Part shown: positions 25,346-36,930 of the stretch, piece by piece | Numbering within the stretch: position 1 is the first letter of the stretch | How the letters are laid out: each line of letters opens with the position of its first letter | NCBI GenBank assembly: GCA_013265495.1 | Contig: MU063496.1 | Coordinates: 4,960,739-5,024,738, forward strand | Direction of reading: 5' to 3' | DNA from: Vicugna vicugna | Taxonomy: Eukaryota | DNA: 64,000 nucleotides | Position numbers and translations under genes: made by a program | The notes under the pieces: generated by a model | The model's input: the letters and a program-made list of their open reading frames with translations, nothing else | Databases searched by the model: none | Told to the model about the DNA's origin: nothing

Positions 25346-26849
25346 GTACAAGTAGTCTGCTAGAGGCTTGTGTTACCCAATATGGGAAGAGCCACAGTGG
25401 TCCCAAGAGAGCTGGCGAGAGGCAGTGATGAAGGCTCCTGGGTGGCAGTTACAGGATGAGCTGATTTTGGAGAATTCTCAGGAAGGACTCTCCAGACAGG
25501 AGGAATGGTCAGCAGTGCAGTTTGCAGGAAAGGGAGTGAGCTGCTGGGCAGCTGGAGTGTGAGGTCAGCCAGTGTAGGTGGGTCCAGGTTAACGCTCTTC
25601 AGGATCTTGATTACCAAGACGGGGAATTGTCGAGGTCATTCTGAAATTTCCTACAGTCTATAGGTTGTTCCCAGTACAGGGGAAGGTCCCTGTCCCCATT
25701 TTAGCACCTGGGCATCGAGCCATCTTCGTGCTCACTTCCCACCACTGCCTCCCTCCATCGGGCATCTTTCTTCTCCTCTGTGGCATTCTTAGCTTCTGCT
25801 CCTTCCCACTTAAAAAAGAGATCACAGGAAAAGAAACAAAGAAAGTACACCCCCCAGCCTGCTTCTACCGACTTTTAGAGCTTGAAGGAGACTTTCTTCA
25901 GCCACTTTTTTGTCCGAGGCCCCAGTTTGGTTCATGGACTTCGAGAGGAAAAAAACAACAGGCAGACTTACCCTCAGGGAGTGTTCTTCTGCCTCTGTCT
26001 GCTGACGAGGAAGCAGGCCGTAGGGCCGTTCTGTTCCCTGGCTTGGGGGCATCAGGAAGCTTTGTATCCCAAGGGTGCCTCTCCAGGCTGCTGACAACTG
26101 CCTGAAACCTGTCACTAGGGAACAGAGCGTCTCCTCTCCCACTGAGAGATCAGGCTGCACGTGCAGACAGCCTGGGACAGGTGACAGGGTTACTGTATTC
26201 CTTAACCTTCCCTGTGAGGAGCTGGAGGCAAGGCAAGAGAGATAAAATTCTTTGGATATTTCCTTCTTTGCTTTATAACCTGGCCTGTTTGAGGCACTGG
26301 GCGGGTGACAGTTGGTGGTGATTTGCTGGGTAATGCCCTGACAAGGAAGGAGATAATGGGGGAACAGAGGCCCCACATGAAGGGAGCATTCGACCCTCAC
26401 ATTCTGGAGCAGTCTAGTAGGTGTTGCCGCAAACCAAGGAAGCGACCAGCATTACCACCAAGACCGCGTGCAGACGTGCAAGGCTTAGACTGTTCAGCCC
26501 AAGGGAGGCAAGCCACAGCTGTCTGCATAGCCTGGTGCGAAGGGGTGGAAGTGGACATCTCCCCCCACCCTAAAATTTAGTGTGAAATACAGCCTTTAAA
26601 AATCACTGCTCTTCTGTACTGGTTATGATTTTCTTTGTGGACAAATGCATGATTAATTTCTTAGCTATTCCATGCACATGTGAATAAAGTGTGTAATTTC
26701 TGTTCACAGTTGAAGAATATCTAAATATCTATTAAATAAGATATATTGATTTTAAAAATCAGTGGGAGACAAAGATGTTAAGTAACAGATGAATGTGTAT
26801 GTGTGTGCGTGCAGTTAAATTCTTGGAAAGACCAGTTGGAAGTCATGGT

Positions 26850-27110
26850 AGCACTCAAAGCCAGGATGGACAGGATCCAATTTGTCCTTTAACCAGCTGA
26901 CCCTGGCTGCTGTGTAGAGATGGACTGTGAAAGGCAGAGCAGCTCTGGGAGTTACGAGACTTGCTAATGTCCAGGTAAGAGACCACGGTGATTCAGAGTA
27001 GGCAGTTTGGGGGTTTAAGAAAAAAAAAGGGACTAAATTCATTTTGGAGATCCAATAAGCAAGACATGGCAACTGATGGAAGATAATGGGAAACAGTTAC
27101 CTACTCCGAG
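26850..27110 (-). mobile_element. L2 fragment
   Basis: gaccctggctgctgtgtagagatggactgtgaaaggcagag...aatgtccaggtaagagaccacggtg is typical L2 body. Confidence 0.65.
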
Positions 27111-27619
27111 GTTGGTTGTGAGAACTACAGGAGGTATGATTAGCTTCATTTTACAGATAAGGAAATTGAGACTCTAAAGTGATTGAGATAAAGGTCTGAC
27201 TCCCCCCCAGCCTCTGAGCCGCCAGTGCGCCGTGTGAAAGTGCGGTACACCCAGAAGAGTGCACCAGGAAGCCGAGAGGCTAAGCCTCAGGCCACTTCAC
27301 TTGCCACAACCGCTTCTAAACCCTATCGTACCTAATCTTCGATTCATAATGTTGTGTTCTTTTTCTTAAAAAAGCTCCTCACCCTTTCCACACCCCACCC
27401 CCACCTGCTATAGGTGTTTAAGCTTCAGATTCCACTAAACTTCTGTCTCTCTCTAGCTGAGTAAATAGGACTCTGTTGAGTAGGACTAAGCCTGGATGGG
27501 ATGAGACCTAGGATGGGAATCTGACCGGTTAGTTGGGGAAAGTATTGAACTTAGGACAGGATCCTGTGGGAGAGAACCAGCTGCCATATCAAATGTGTAC
27601 ATTTAGCATGTCTAACACT

Positions 27620-27850
27620 GTATCTATTGAATGCTTCCTTTGTGGCCAGCACTAATTTGATTTCTTTGGTAATTTTTTTGCTATTATTTGACTTAATCCT
27701 TATACAACCTCATGAGGTGGATGTTTTCATTATCCCCGTTTTACATGTGGGGAACCTGAGCCCCAGGGAGTTACATAAATGACCAGATTATCATTACTAA
27801 CTAGGTGAGCTGGACTGACCTCTACCAGGCCCGACCTGGAAGCTTGAGGC
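27620..27850 (-). mobile_element. MIR relic
   Basis: ttaatccttatacaacctcatgaggtggatgttttcattatccccgttttacatgtggggaacctgagccccagg. Confidence 0.75.
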
Positions 27851-27909
27851 TGTCCTTAACCCCTACTGCTGGAAGGACTGTTGTCCAAAGCTAGACCCTC
27901 TGATAGATT

Positions 27910-27995
27910 ATTATTTCTTTGGAGGTACTGGGGATTGAACCCAGGACCTCATGCGTGCTAAGCACATGCTCTACCAATGAGCAATACTTTCCCCC
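27910..27995 (-). mobile_element. Vic-1-type camelid tRNA-Ala-derived SINE
   Basis: Reverse complement GGGGGAAAGTATTGCTCATTGGTAGAGCATGTGCTTAGCACGCATGAGGTCCTGGGTTCAATCCCCAGTACCTCCAAAGAAATAAT has A/B boxes, an AGC anticodon remnant and an A-rich tail. Perfect 8-bp TSD gatagatt at 27902-27909 and 27996-28003. Confidence 0.9.
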
Positions 27996-28129
27996 GATAG
28001 ATTTTTAATATACATTATCAGTATTTCATCTCTTAGAGGAAGCAAGGTCTAATTCTGCCCTGCTTCCCCCCAAAATAATTGGTGAAATGTTAGCGGAAGA
28101 AAGTAATTTTCCATCTTCAGATAAAAAGG

Positions 28130-28990
28130 TTGAGACATATGCTACAGACGAAAACAAGATTCTAAGGCTTGGGGGTTTTCAGATGTTCTCTGAGGTGGAA
28201 GGGAAACCCCTGGAAGGTTTTCACCATACATGTGATATGATCTGATTTGTGTTTTTAAAGAATCACTGTGGAAAACACCACAGAGCAGTGAGGTAGGCTG
28301 GCTCGCCAAGTACAGCGTGAGACACATATGGCTTAGTGATAGTAGATACAAAAATGACCTAGAAATGTTAGTGAAGACTTACCGTAATCTTGGTAAGAAT
28401 GTTATTTGCTTAAGGAAAAAGCCAGCTGTATTAAATGTTGTATTTAGAATGGCCAATGAAAAATGTTTTTTTAATCCCTGTTCCCCCTCACCCTACTGCC
28501 ATCTCTGAAGTCTGTTGGGATAAGGACCTAGTTGGCAGTCATCATGGCCTCCACCTCTTGTTGAGCTGGCCATTAGCAGCCCCACCTAGCATTCTCTAGA
28601 CTGTACACTGCCCCGTAGAGAAGGAGTAGCATTAGGGGACCAGCTGCCTTGTTTGGTCATCCAGACGCTCCTGTTGAATCACAAAACCCAGGAGACATGG
28701 CAGAAGGAAGTGGGAACATTCAGGGTAAAGAAAGCCTCATGATCAAGGTGATTACTGGATTGAAGTTCTGCTTAATGGAGGAGATTGAATTTGACCATGG
28801 TGGCTGTTACTGCAACAGATTTCTGTTCCATATATCAAATATATTTCTGTGGTCAACACGGTCTCAACATGGACTGAGCAACACAGAATGGGAAGCATGT
28901 AAACAGACTGGGCAAGCATTAGGGATAATTGTGGAGATTTCAAGTCAGTAAGCAGGTACAATGCAGTATCTGCATACAGGAGAGAGGATA
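28130..28990 (-). mobile_element. L2 fragments (about 28130-28400 and 28700-28990)
   Basis: tgatatgatctgatttgtgtttttaaagaatcactgtgg and ggagatttcaagtcagtaagcagg are L2-like. Confidence 0.6.
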
Positions 28991-29346
28991 AGAGTGGAGA
29001 GAATCGCGAGGATAAAAAGGACAGAGAAGGCAAAGCCAAGGGTTGTGGATGTAGTCGTTTTCCTCCCGCCCCACCCCAACGGGAACAACCACATTGGCTT
29101 GGTTCCCCCCTCCTCCCCATTTCTCTTGCCCTCCAGCCAAACCAGCAACAAATGGCATTGTATGCTAGTCTGTGTCAGAAATAGAAGCCGGGGATCTGAC
29201 CCCCAGGCAGTGCATTTTCAGCCTGTGAATTTCCTGGATATCTTTACAGGGAGTCATTCCTGGGGAAGGGCAGGCTGGAAATAATATAAGGAGATCAAGA
29301 AGGAAGTCAAGCAAGTGACACCTTTAAACAGGCAAGGAGGCGGGCT

Positions 29347-29550
29347 NNNNNNNNNNNNNNNNNNNNNNNNNNNNNNNNNNNNNNNNNNNNNNNNNNNNNN
29401 NNNNNNNNNNNNNNNNNNNNNNNNNNNNNNNNNNNNNNNNNNNNNNNNNNNNNNNNNNNNNNNNNNNNNNNNNNNNNNNNNNNNNNNNNNNNNNNNNNNN
29501 NNNNNNNNNNNNNNNNNNNNNNNNNNNNNNNNNNNNNNNNNNNNNNNNNN
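29347..29550. other. N-block 3 (204 bp)
   Basis: Run of N counted from the sequence. Confidence 0.97.
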
Positions 29551-29819
29551 CATGCAGGTTTTTCTTATGACTTTCCTAGTACTGTTCTTTAAGCAGAAAG
29601 AATTGGCTGGGGGTAGGATGGGGAGAAGGGGGGGGGGAGGTATACGGTTAGAATCAAATTAAGGACTTTGGTTTCCTTCTGAGGATTTTGAAAATGTTAA
29701 AGGAGCAGGTGTGTCATTCTTTCATACATTGAGACTCTGAGATATGGAAGAAAATTGTAGTTTTGTGTCCACATACCCCCAAATTACTGCATTAGCCTCC
29801 CTAATTTCATTCCTTTTTT

Positions 29820-30060
29820 TTTTAACAAATATTTTTTTGCATGCCTTCCTGCATCAGGCACTACTACAAGCACTAGAGATGTTACTAGAGCTGATAGTGG
29901 GGAGAGACAGACAAAAACACATAAATATGTAGGCTAATGTGTATTAGATGATATGTTATAATAGAGAAAAAATAACGGGAAGGGATGTGATGTTATATAT
30001 GGACAAGGAAGACCTCACTGAGGAGGTGACATTGAAGCAAAGATCTGAAGGAAGTAAGAG
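29820..30060 (-). mobile_element. L2 3' fragment
   Basis: aacaaatattttt...caggcactactacaagcactagagat...ggaagacctcactgaggaggtgacattgaagcaaagatctgaagga. Confidence 0.75.
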
Positions 30061-30557
30061 CAAAGTCAAGTATTATCTCATCACAGGAAATTTTTTTTGT
30101 AATGTGATAAGTTCTACCTTGATGTGCAGGTGGCAAGACCAATGACTATCTTTTCTAATTTGATGATAGTTACTCATTAAGGGAACTTTTAATAGTATTT
30201 AATGTTTTATTCTTACCTATATTGAATAGAATATCTTAAATATATATTATCCCTTAGACTTTTTTGGTCTACAGGGTCAAAAACATATAGGCATGTATAT
30301 TGGAGGGGGGCCAATATCCCAGGCAAATTGTGCTAGAAATGCCAGATGTCAGGTAGGAGTGTCCATGGCAAGTTTGAGGAACAGCAAGAAGGCGTGAGGG
30401 GAGGGGCGGGTCACAGTGGAGTGAGGAAGGACAAGACCAGAGCAGGGTGAGGGTGAAGTTGGTTGTTTGGGGCTTTTGGGTTTTTGCTTTTTTGTCTTGT
30501 TTTGTTTTTTTAGTTTTGGATTTGGTTTGGGGGAGTAAATATACGATCTCAAAACTT

Positions 30558-30865
30558 TTTTTTTAATTCTTTTTTGTTGTTGTTGTTGAAGTATAGATGA
30601 GTTACTGTGTTTCAGGCATACAGCAAAGTGATTCAGTTATACATATATATACATGGGTATACGTACATATCTGTTCTTTTTCAGATTCTTTTCCATTATA
30701 GGTTATCGAATATAGTTCCCTGTGCTATACAGTAGGTCTTTATTGTTTATTTTACGTATAATGGTCTGCATCTGTTAATTGCAAATTCCCAATTTATCTC
30801 TCCCCTCCCCCTTTCCCCTTAGTAATCATAAATTTGTCTTCTATATCTGTGAGTCTGTTTCTGTT
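30558..30865 (-). mobile_element. 5'-truncated L1 (laurasiatherian/cetartiodactyl-type 3' UTR)
   Basis: T-rich tail, then gaagtatag...ttcagattcttttccattatagg...ccctgtgctatacagtaggtc. Decayed TSD acgatctcaaaactt (30543-30557) vs acagtctcaaagctt (30866-30880), 12/15 match. Confidence 0.9.
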
Positions 30866-32135
30866 ACAGTCTCAAAGCTTGAAGGAGCCTTAGAGGAGCT
30901 ATCTCCTGCCATGGGTCTCACCCAGTTGCTGCTAATGGTTGAACGTGGAGAAACGGAATGTTTGTGTGTGTGGTTGAAGGGTGGACATTTTATCTGTATG
31001 TCAGTGTTCTAAAACCATTCCTTAAAATAATCACCAGCCACTAAAATGTATTTGCTAGCTACGAGGAGGAAAGCTGTGTTTAAAAGATTTAGGGAAACTC
31101 ACCATGCATAATCCAGATTTCAATACACCAGTCTGCATTTTTAGGGCAGTATATCTGTAAGTAGAAACAGGCATATCTGGAGAAAAACATTAGTTTCTGA
31201 GGTCTGGCCAGCTCCTGTTCTTACCCCTCTGTCATCTCTGATTGGATTAGACGTCACAAAGAATGCCTCAGATCCTTGTTTCATGTTGAGTTTAACCCCT
31301 CCAGTTGAATACCATCCTTGCGGAGCTCAGTGGAGAAAAATTAAATTTCTCTCACCAGAGCTGTGGCACTGAATCAGGTATCAAGGGGGCCACATCAGTA
31401 AACTTGGTTGGTTACAAGATGTACGTCCTTCCCGAGGCTCTGTAGCTGTTAGGTTGGCCCTTTCCAATCACAGTCTGATCTTTCATTTTACTGTAATGCA
31501 GTCAGACAGCCTACTTATTCAGGCATAGACTTCTCTGGTTTTCATTATCCCCGAACAACATTTGATGCTGAAATGGGAAGACTCGGGAAGAAGGGGGGAG
31601 GGGAGCCCGGCATTTGCCACAGTTCGTGTGAAATGCTTAATATTTGAAAGCCTTTAAAATATATTGTACACATACATTCCAGTTTTATAGGACTAGCATA
31701 ACATGTTCAAAAGTTTTATGAATTTCAGCATGTAACCAGAGTCAACGCTGGCCTGTTTTAAACAAGCCATAATGGCCTGGCAGCAAACCTGCATAGTTAG
31801 CAAATCCCTCGTCTGTTTATGAGCAGCCATTCCTCACCAGGTCGCTATGAAACACCACTTGATCAGTTTTTGCCGCCTCCGCAAGTCAGTCTGTGTGCCG
31901 ATTTCAGCATGATTCTGGTTTTAAAAGCCTGAAACCAAGGGCATCATGATAAGGTGATACTTTGTTTTGATTTTAAATGGCAGGACTCCGAGCTGCTTGA
32001 GAATCTGTGCCGGCCTCTCTGGTCCTGGGGGAGGCGGGGGTGTCTCAGTGCCTCTACGGCGCAGGGCCACATGGACACTGCAGCCTCTCCCTTCCTGCTT
32101 GGAGCCTGGAGTGTTCTCAGAGCCCAGAAGATGTA

Positions 32136-32225
32136 TTTCTTTTCTTTTCTTTTCTTTTCTCTTCTTTTCTTTTCTTTTCTTTTCTTTTCTTTTCTTTTCT
32201 TTTCTTTTCTTTTCTTTTCTTTTTT
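32136..32225 (+). repeat. (TTTTC)n microsatellite forming the tail of the adjacent L1
   Basis: About 90 bp of TTTTC units with one interruption near 32161, abutting the L1 3' end. Confidence 0.95.
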
Positions 32226-32703
32226 AGCATTTTTTATTGAGTTATAGTCATTTTACAATGTTGTGTCAAATTCCAGTGTAGAGCACAATTTTTCAGTTAT
32301 ACATGAGCATACATATATTCACTGTCACATTCTTTTTCGCTGCGAGCTACCACAAGATCTTGTATATATTTCCCTGTGCTATACAGTATAATCTTGTTTA
32401 TCTATTCTGCATATGCCTGTCAGTATCTACAAATTTTGAACTCCCAGTCTATCCCTTCCCACCCCCATCCCCCTTGGCAACCACAAGTTTGTATTCTATG
32501 TCTGTGAGTTTGTTTTTGTTTTGTATTTATGTTTTTTTTTTTCTGGATTCCACATGTGAGCGATCTCATATGGTATTTTTCTTTCTCTTTCTGGCTTACT
32601 TCACTTAGAATGACATTCTCCAGGGACATCCATGTTACTGCAAATGGTGTTATGTTGTCATTTTTATGGCTGAATAATATTCCATTGTATAAATACACCA
32701 CAT
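32226..32703 (-). mobile_element. Younger camelid-type L1 3' end with ORF2 C-terminal remnant
   Basis: ORF 32420-32701(-) contains ITPFAVTWMSLENVILSEVSQKEKEKYHM, matching the L1 ORF2 terminus (IMPFAATWMDLE.IILSEVSQ). The 3' UTR variant differs from those at 30.6 and 52.9 kb. Confidence 0.93.
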
Positions 32704-34413
32704 AGTTCCTCAGGATGGAAGTCCCTCAAGTAGTACTTTTTTAGGTGAGGATCTCTTTTCTATAAAAGTCAAAGTGTGAAACTTGCCGGGACAAACTCAG
32801 TTCTAACCCCGCAGCCGTCCTGTGTCTAACATATCAGGCACAGGCGTGTTTCTCAAAGGCAAGGGCCGTGTGTTACCAGATCCCACGTTTCAAGGAAATT
32901 TGCTGGCTCCCTTGATAAAGTCCTACTGCTTCTCCCAGCCCTGCAGAGCAGGAAGATGTGTCGTGTGTTAAAAAGCAGCTCAGCTTTGCAGTGCGGACTT
33001 TTTTGCCCGTAGATTCACCTTGGCCCCAGCGACCCCTCAGGAATCACCAGGCACATTCCAAACTGGCTTCAGGGGATACTCCAAACCCCTTTGCATTCTG
33101 CCATCAAAAGCTCCTTTAATTACAAATAGTGCCATAGAGAACAGGCTGGAGCATGGAAACAAGACTGATCTAAAGGCTGTGGGCCAAACAATTCTCACAG
33201 AAGGTAAGGTAATGAGGAAATCTGACTCACAAGATAAAGTTTACTCCCTTTCATTGTGGGGCCCTGAAGGGCAGCCTCCCCCACCGGTATGCTGGCCTGG
33301 CTGCACTTAGCACTTGTAAGCCCAGCCCCCTGGGAGGCCCTTAGTCCTGTCCTGATGCTTCCGGAGGCAGAACTCAGAGTCTCCCCGAGGATGGCAGAAG
33401 TTTTCTTTCTCTTTGTCTGAGGACATGGCCCCCTAAAACATCCTTTTAACATCCACTGAAAGCTTGGCCTTTGCAAGTCTCTGTAGTTCCTTTTGAGAGA
33501 AGGAACATATAAGTATAAGAACCCATGGAAAACTCCCTTGTATTTACCTCATTTGTTTATACCCTTGCTTAGAAGAGGCAGCGCTCAGGATGGGCAGTCA
33601 AGTCTTAGCCCTTGTTCACAATCATAATTTTACAGCCTTTAGTTCTGTTCCCTCTCGGTCAATGATGTCCCCAGAGATGTCAGAACTCGTGCAGGAAAAC
33701 CCATTTAATTAGGACCCACCGTGGGGAACCAGGAAACAGATCCTGAAGTACTTTATGGCCAAAGCTGTTGATTGGGAAGCAGGACTTTTCCTTCCTGTCT
33801 GGGTCTGGCTGGGACTCCTTTGGGGAGATCTGGGGGCCCGTCTCCATCTCCACTGAAATGGAGCTATAACCTTCGAATCAGGTTACACCAGAGGGCAGTG
33901 ACGTTTATATCTGCTTTTTTATTTGTTTGTTCTCTTTGTGAAGGTGTAAGCCGCAGGCCCTGGGTCTCTGGAATCTCCGCCCAGAGGCGGAGCACGCTGG
34001 ACTCTTGCCTCTCTTCCACTATCTGCCTGCTGCCCCTTGGCCAGAGAGTGAGTTACCGGTTTTCCTTTGAGGCGACAAGCCTTACCTATCCATGGTGTGC
34101 ACAGGAGGAGGAGGGGCTGAACGTGTGTTTTTGAGTGGAATCGAATCTGGTCTTTTCTATCCTTCATGCTCAGCTCAGGTCCTGCCTCCCCGATGGGGCC
34201 CTCCCCAGCCAGGATGATCTCTGCCCTGTCCATTAAATCTTCCCTACACCTTTTTCTCTACATCCATTTTCTCTACACCTTATTGCTTTCATAACATCAA
34301 CTGGTTTTATTTCTAATTAGAGCTTTTCACCCTACTGTTCTGCACTTCATTTAAGGACCTAAATGGCTAGGGCCACATCTTCTTCTTTCCCCCACAGCAT
34401 TTAAAGCTTTGTT

Positions 34414-34541
34414 ATAGGTCATTACAAGATATACACAGATATAGTTATATATATGTACATGTATGACTGAAACAGGATTCTGTACACCAGAAATTGACAC
34501 AACATTGTAACTGACTATACTTCAACAATAAAAACAAAAAA
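34414..34541 (+). mobile_element. Very short L1 3' tip with apparent 5' inversion
   Basis: tatgactgaaac...tgtacaccagaaattgacacaacattgtaactgactatacttcaa plus an A-tail is the sense L1 end. TSD aaagctttgtt (34403-34413) / aaaactttgtt (34538-34548). Confidence 0.85.
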
Positions 34542-35419
34542 CTTTGTTCATTCTCCCCAAAGTGCCTCACACACAGTGGTGTTCAATTATAACTTTTGTA
34601 CTTTGTCCATTTGGAAAGAAATGAGCTACTAGTTGGTAAATTGCTAAGCTTAATCCTTCAAGGGACACAAGAAGTATAAATGAGCCTCCCTGTCCTCGAG
34701 GAATTTATAGTCTAAGGGGGAAGAAAGGGAATATGAAACAAAAGTAATGACAAGGCAACCAATATGGTGCCATGTAGAAACTGTGTTCAAAAAGGATCAG
34801 GGCCAGTGATCACGATCGTGAGAATTCGCACGTGTGGTGGCCCAGCCCCACAACAACTCTGTAAGGTCGATGGCTCTGAGCATTCTCAGTTGGGTTCCCT
34901 TGTCCTGGGAGTGAGGATGCGGGGCTCATCTGAGGCTGTGGGTGAGGGGGCCGGCACTCAGACAGCCTCGTGTGCCCCGGTGCCAGAGCCACACTGTCTT
35001 TGTGACTCAGCCCCTCCTCTCACTGCTGTCTCACTGCCCCTGTGCCCTGCTCGATGCAGCCCTGTAAATACATAAAGGAAGGTTAATCGGATTGCCCGCT
35101 GCCGTTAAACTAGATAGCAGACAGTCTTTGGATCAGTGATGACACTTTGGTGTTTGAGTCAGAAAGGAATTGTCCAAAGACAGTGCGTCCTTCAACACGT
35201 GAGGGAATTAGAGTGATCACGTGCTGGTAGTTAGTTACAACGGCATAAAAGTACATGTAAGTTTTTCTAGGGCGTGTGCTGAGTGGACCGTTCCCAGGAA
35301 TTTTAAGGTGGGGATGAGATTTCCATCTGGTTTAGATATTCATCTTCACGAGGTCAGAAGGCGAGAGTAAATGACCTGCTGAGGCGCTCAGACCACAGCG
35401 CATCCATCTGTGTGTCATT

Positions 35420-35620
35420 ATCTCTGCAGTAGAAGAGCTGGGTTCAGATTCTCGCTGTACCACTCAGAAGCTCTGTAGCCTTCGTAGTTAACTTTTTGGA
35501 GCCTATTTTCTCACTGATAAAACAAACATCATAATGCCTATCTCTGAAATCGTAGTAACAATTAATTATGGTGCCTGGAAACCCCAGTGCCTGATGTTAC
35601 CCAGTAACTGGTGGTTGTGA
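35420..35620 (+). mobile_element. MIR relic
   Basis: ctgggttcagattctcgctgtaccact...gcctattttctcactgataaaacaaacatcataatgcctatctc...gtgcctga. Confidence 0.7.
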
Positions 35621-36639
35621 GTATATTAATTATATCCCTTCCGGAGCCATAGAACATGACTCTACATTCAGGGCCAGAGACCCCGGGATCTTCACCAAAG
35701 GGGAGCAATTTAAATGAGTTGAAATAGCCTCTCCTTTTGGGGAAGAAGCCAAGCCTTTTCTAAGTCCTAGAGGATATACGATTTGGATTAAATCTATGTG
35801 CTTGGACCTGTGGAAAGGAATTGCCACATATACCATTTATTTTGATTTCCTGGCCCCCTTGGACAGTTCCAGACTGGCTCCAGGCCTTATGAGAACAGTG
35901 AGGTCGTTTCTGCAGGAAACACTCCCTGTAAGTGAATCTGGTTTTGGCCACCTCTTCCTTTCCCAGTTATGTTTTTCAGTTACCAACAGTGGGGTAAGCG
36001 AGGAACGATGGCATTGACATCATGTAGATAAGTTCCAAGATACCATCTTCTCATTTAAAGAAAGACAGCATACCAGATTTGCCTGCCTGTCCCCAGTGAG
36101 GGAAAAGAAACCACAGGTCATGTGAAGAGGGGGGCACAAAGCTCGTCGAAGGAGGTGCCTCCAGAAGTCACTTTTCCAGCCTCCCTCAATTACTTGGGAG
36201 GAAACTAACTTCAAGTGTCTTCTTCAAGGTTAAGCTCCCTGGAAGCGGATGGAACCCGGCCAGGGGCTGTACACTTTGTGCAGAGGGCATCCTCAGAACT
36301 GCCCTCTGCTCAGTGGACCACTGCCCTCCCATTACTCCGCCGCCACATACCTGACTTGGTTGACATTTCCATAATTAATTTATAACAGCAATAATCCTGA
36401 GATGAGCCTATTTATAGGTTTGTGCAAGCTGGGTAAGAATATAGATTAAATCTTGAGTCATTAACGTACTTTAAGTACTTGGGAGAGTTTTGTGATTGTC
36501 AAATGGTACGATTAAAGGGCCTCCAAGCTTGGTACATACTGGCAGTCAACAAGTTTCCTTCCCTTCCCAAGCTCAGAAAAAAGGAAACAACAGCAACAAC
36601 TAATAATAATAAGCAGACATCCTCCCAACCACCAGAAAT

Positions 36640-36930
36640 CTTGGGTTGTCACAGGAAATAGCGTTGTCTCCCAACCTGACCCGCGTGGCAGTGATGGCCC
36701 GGGTGCCCGCGGCAGCTGCCCCAGCTGGAGGATCCCTGAGACAGTAAAATAGCAAGTGTGTCCCCAGCAGCCCTGCAGGGAGAACGGCTGTGAGCATCCG
36801 CAGCCACAGAGATGACAGCGTAAGAAGGGCAGCCTTGATTTGAAAGGATGTTGTTATGACTCGGACTGCTCTGTGGACCCAGTCTTATTTCCCTTCTTCC
36901 TTTTTTATGTTCTGTTTGTTCTGGTCGTTA
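36640..36930 (+). promoter_or_regulatory. CpG-containing enhancer or internal-promoter candidate with paired CAGCTG E-boxes and a donor-like site
   Basis: 9 CpGs in 36661-36820; GGCAGCTGCC-CCAGCTGG at 36711-36728; ATGACAGC|GTAAGA at 36812-36825. Confidence 0.3.

Noticed and set aside
27910-27995. tRNA-Ala(AGC) gene
   Set aside because: Acceptor stem is disrupted, and an A-rich tail plus perfect TSD identify it as a retroposed SINE.
31954-32247. Hydrophobic Phe/Ser/Leu-rich ORFs resembling membrane peptides
   Set aside because: They are translations of the (TTTTC)n L1 tail.
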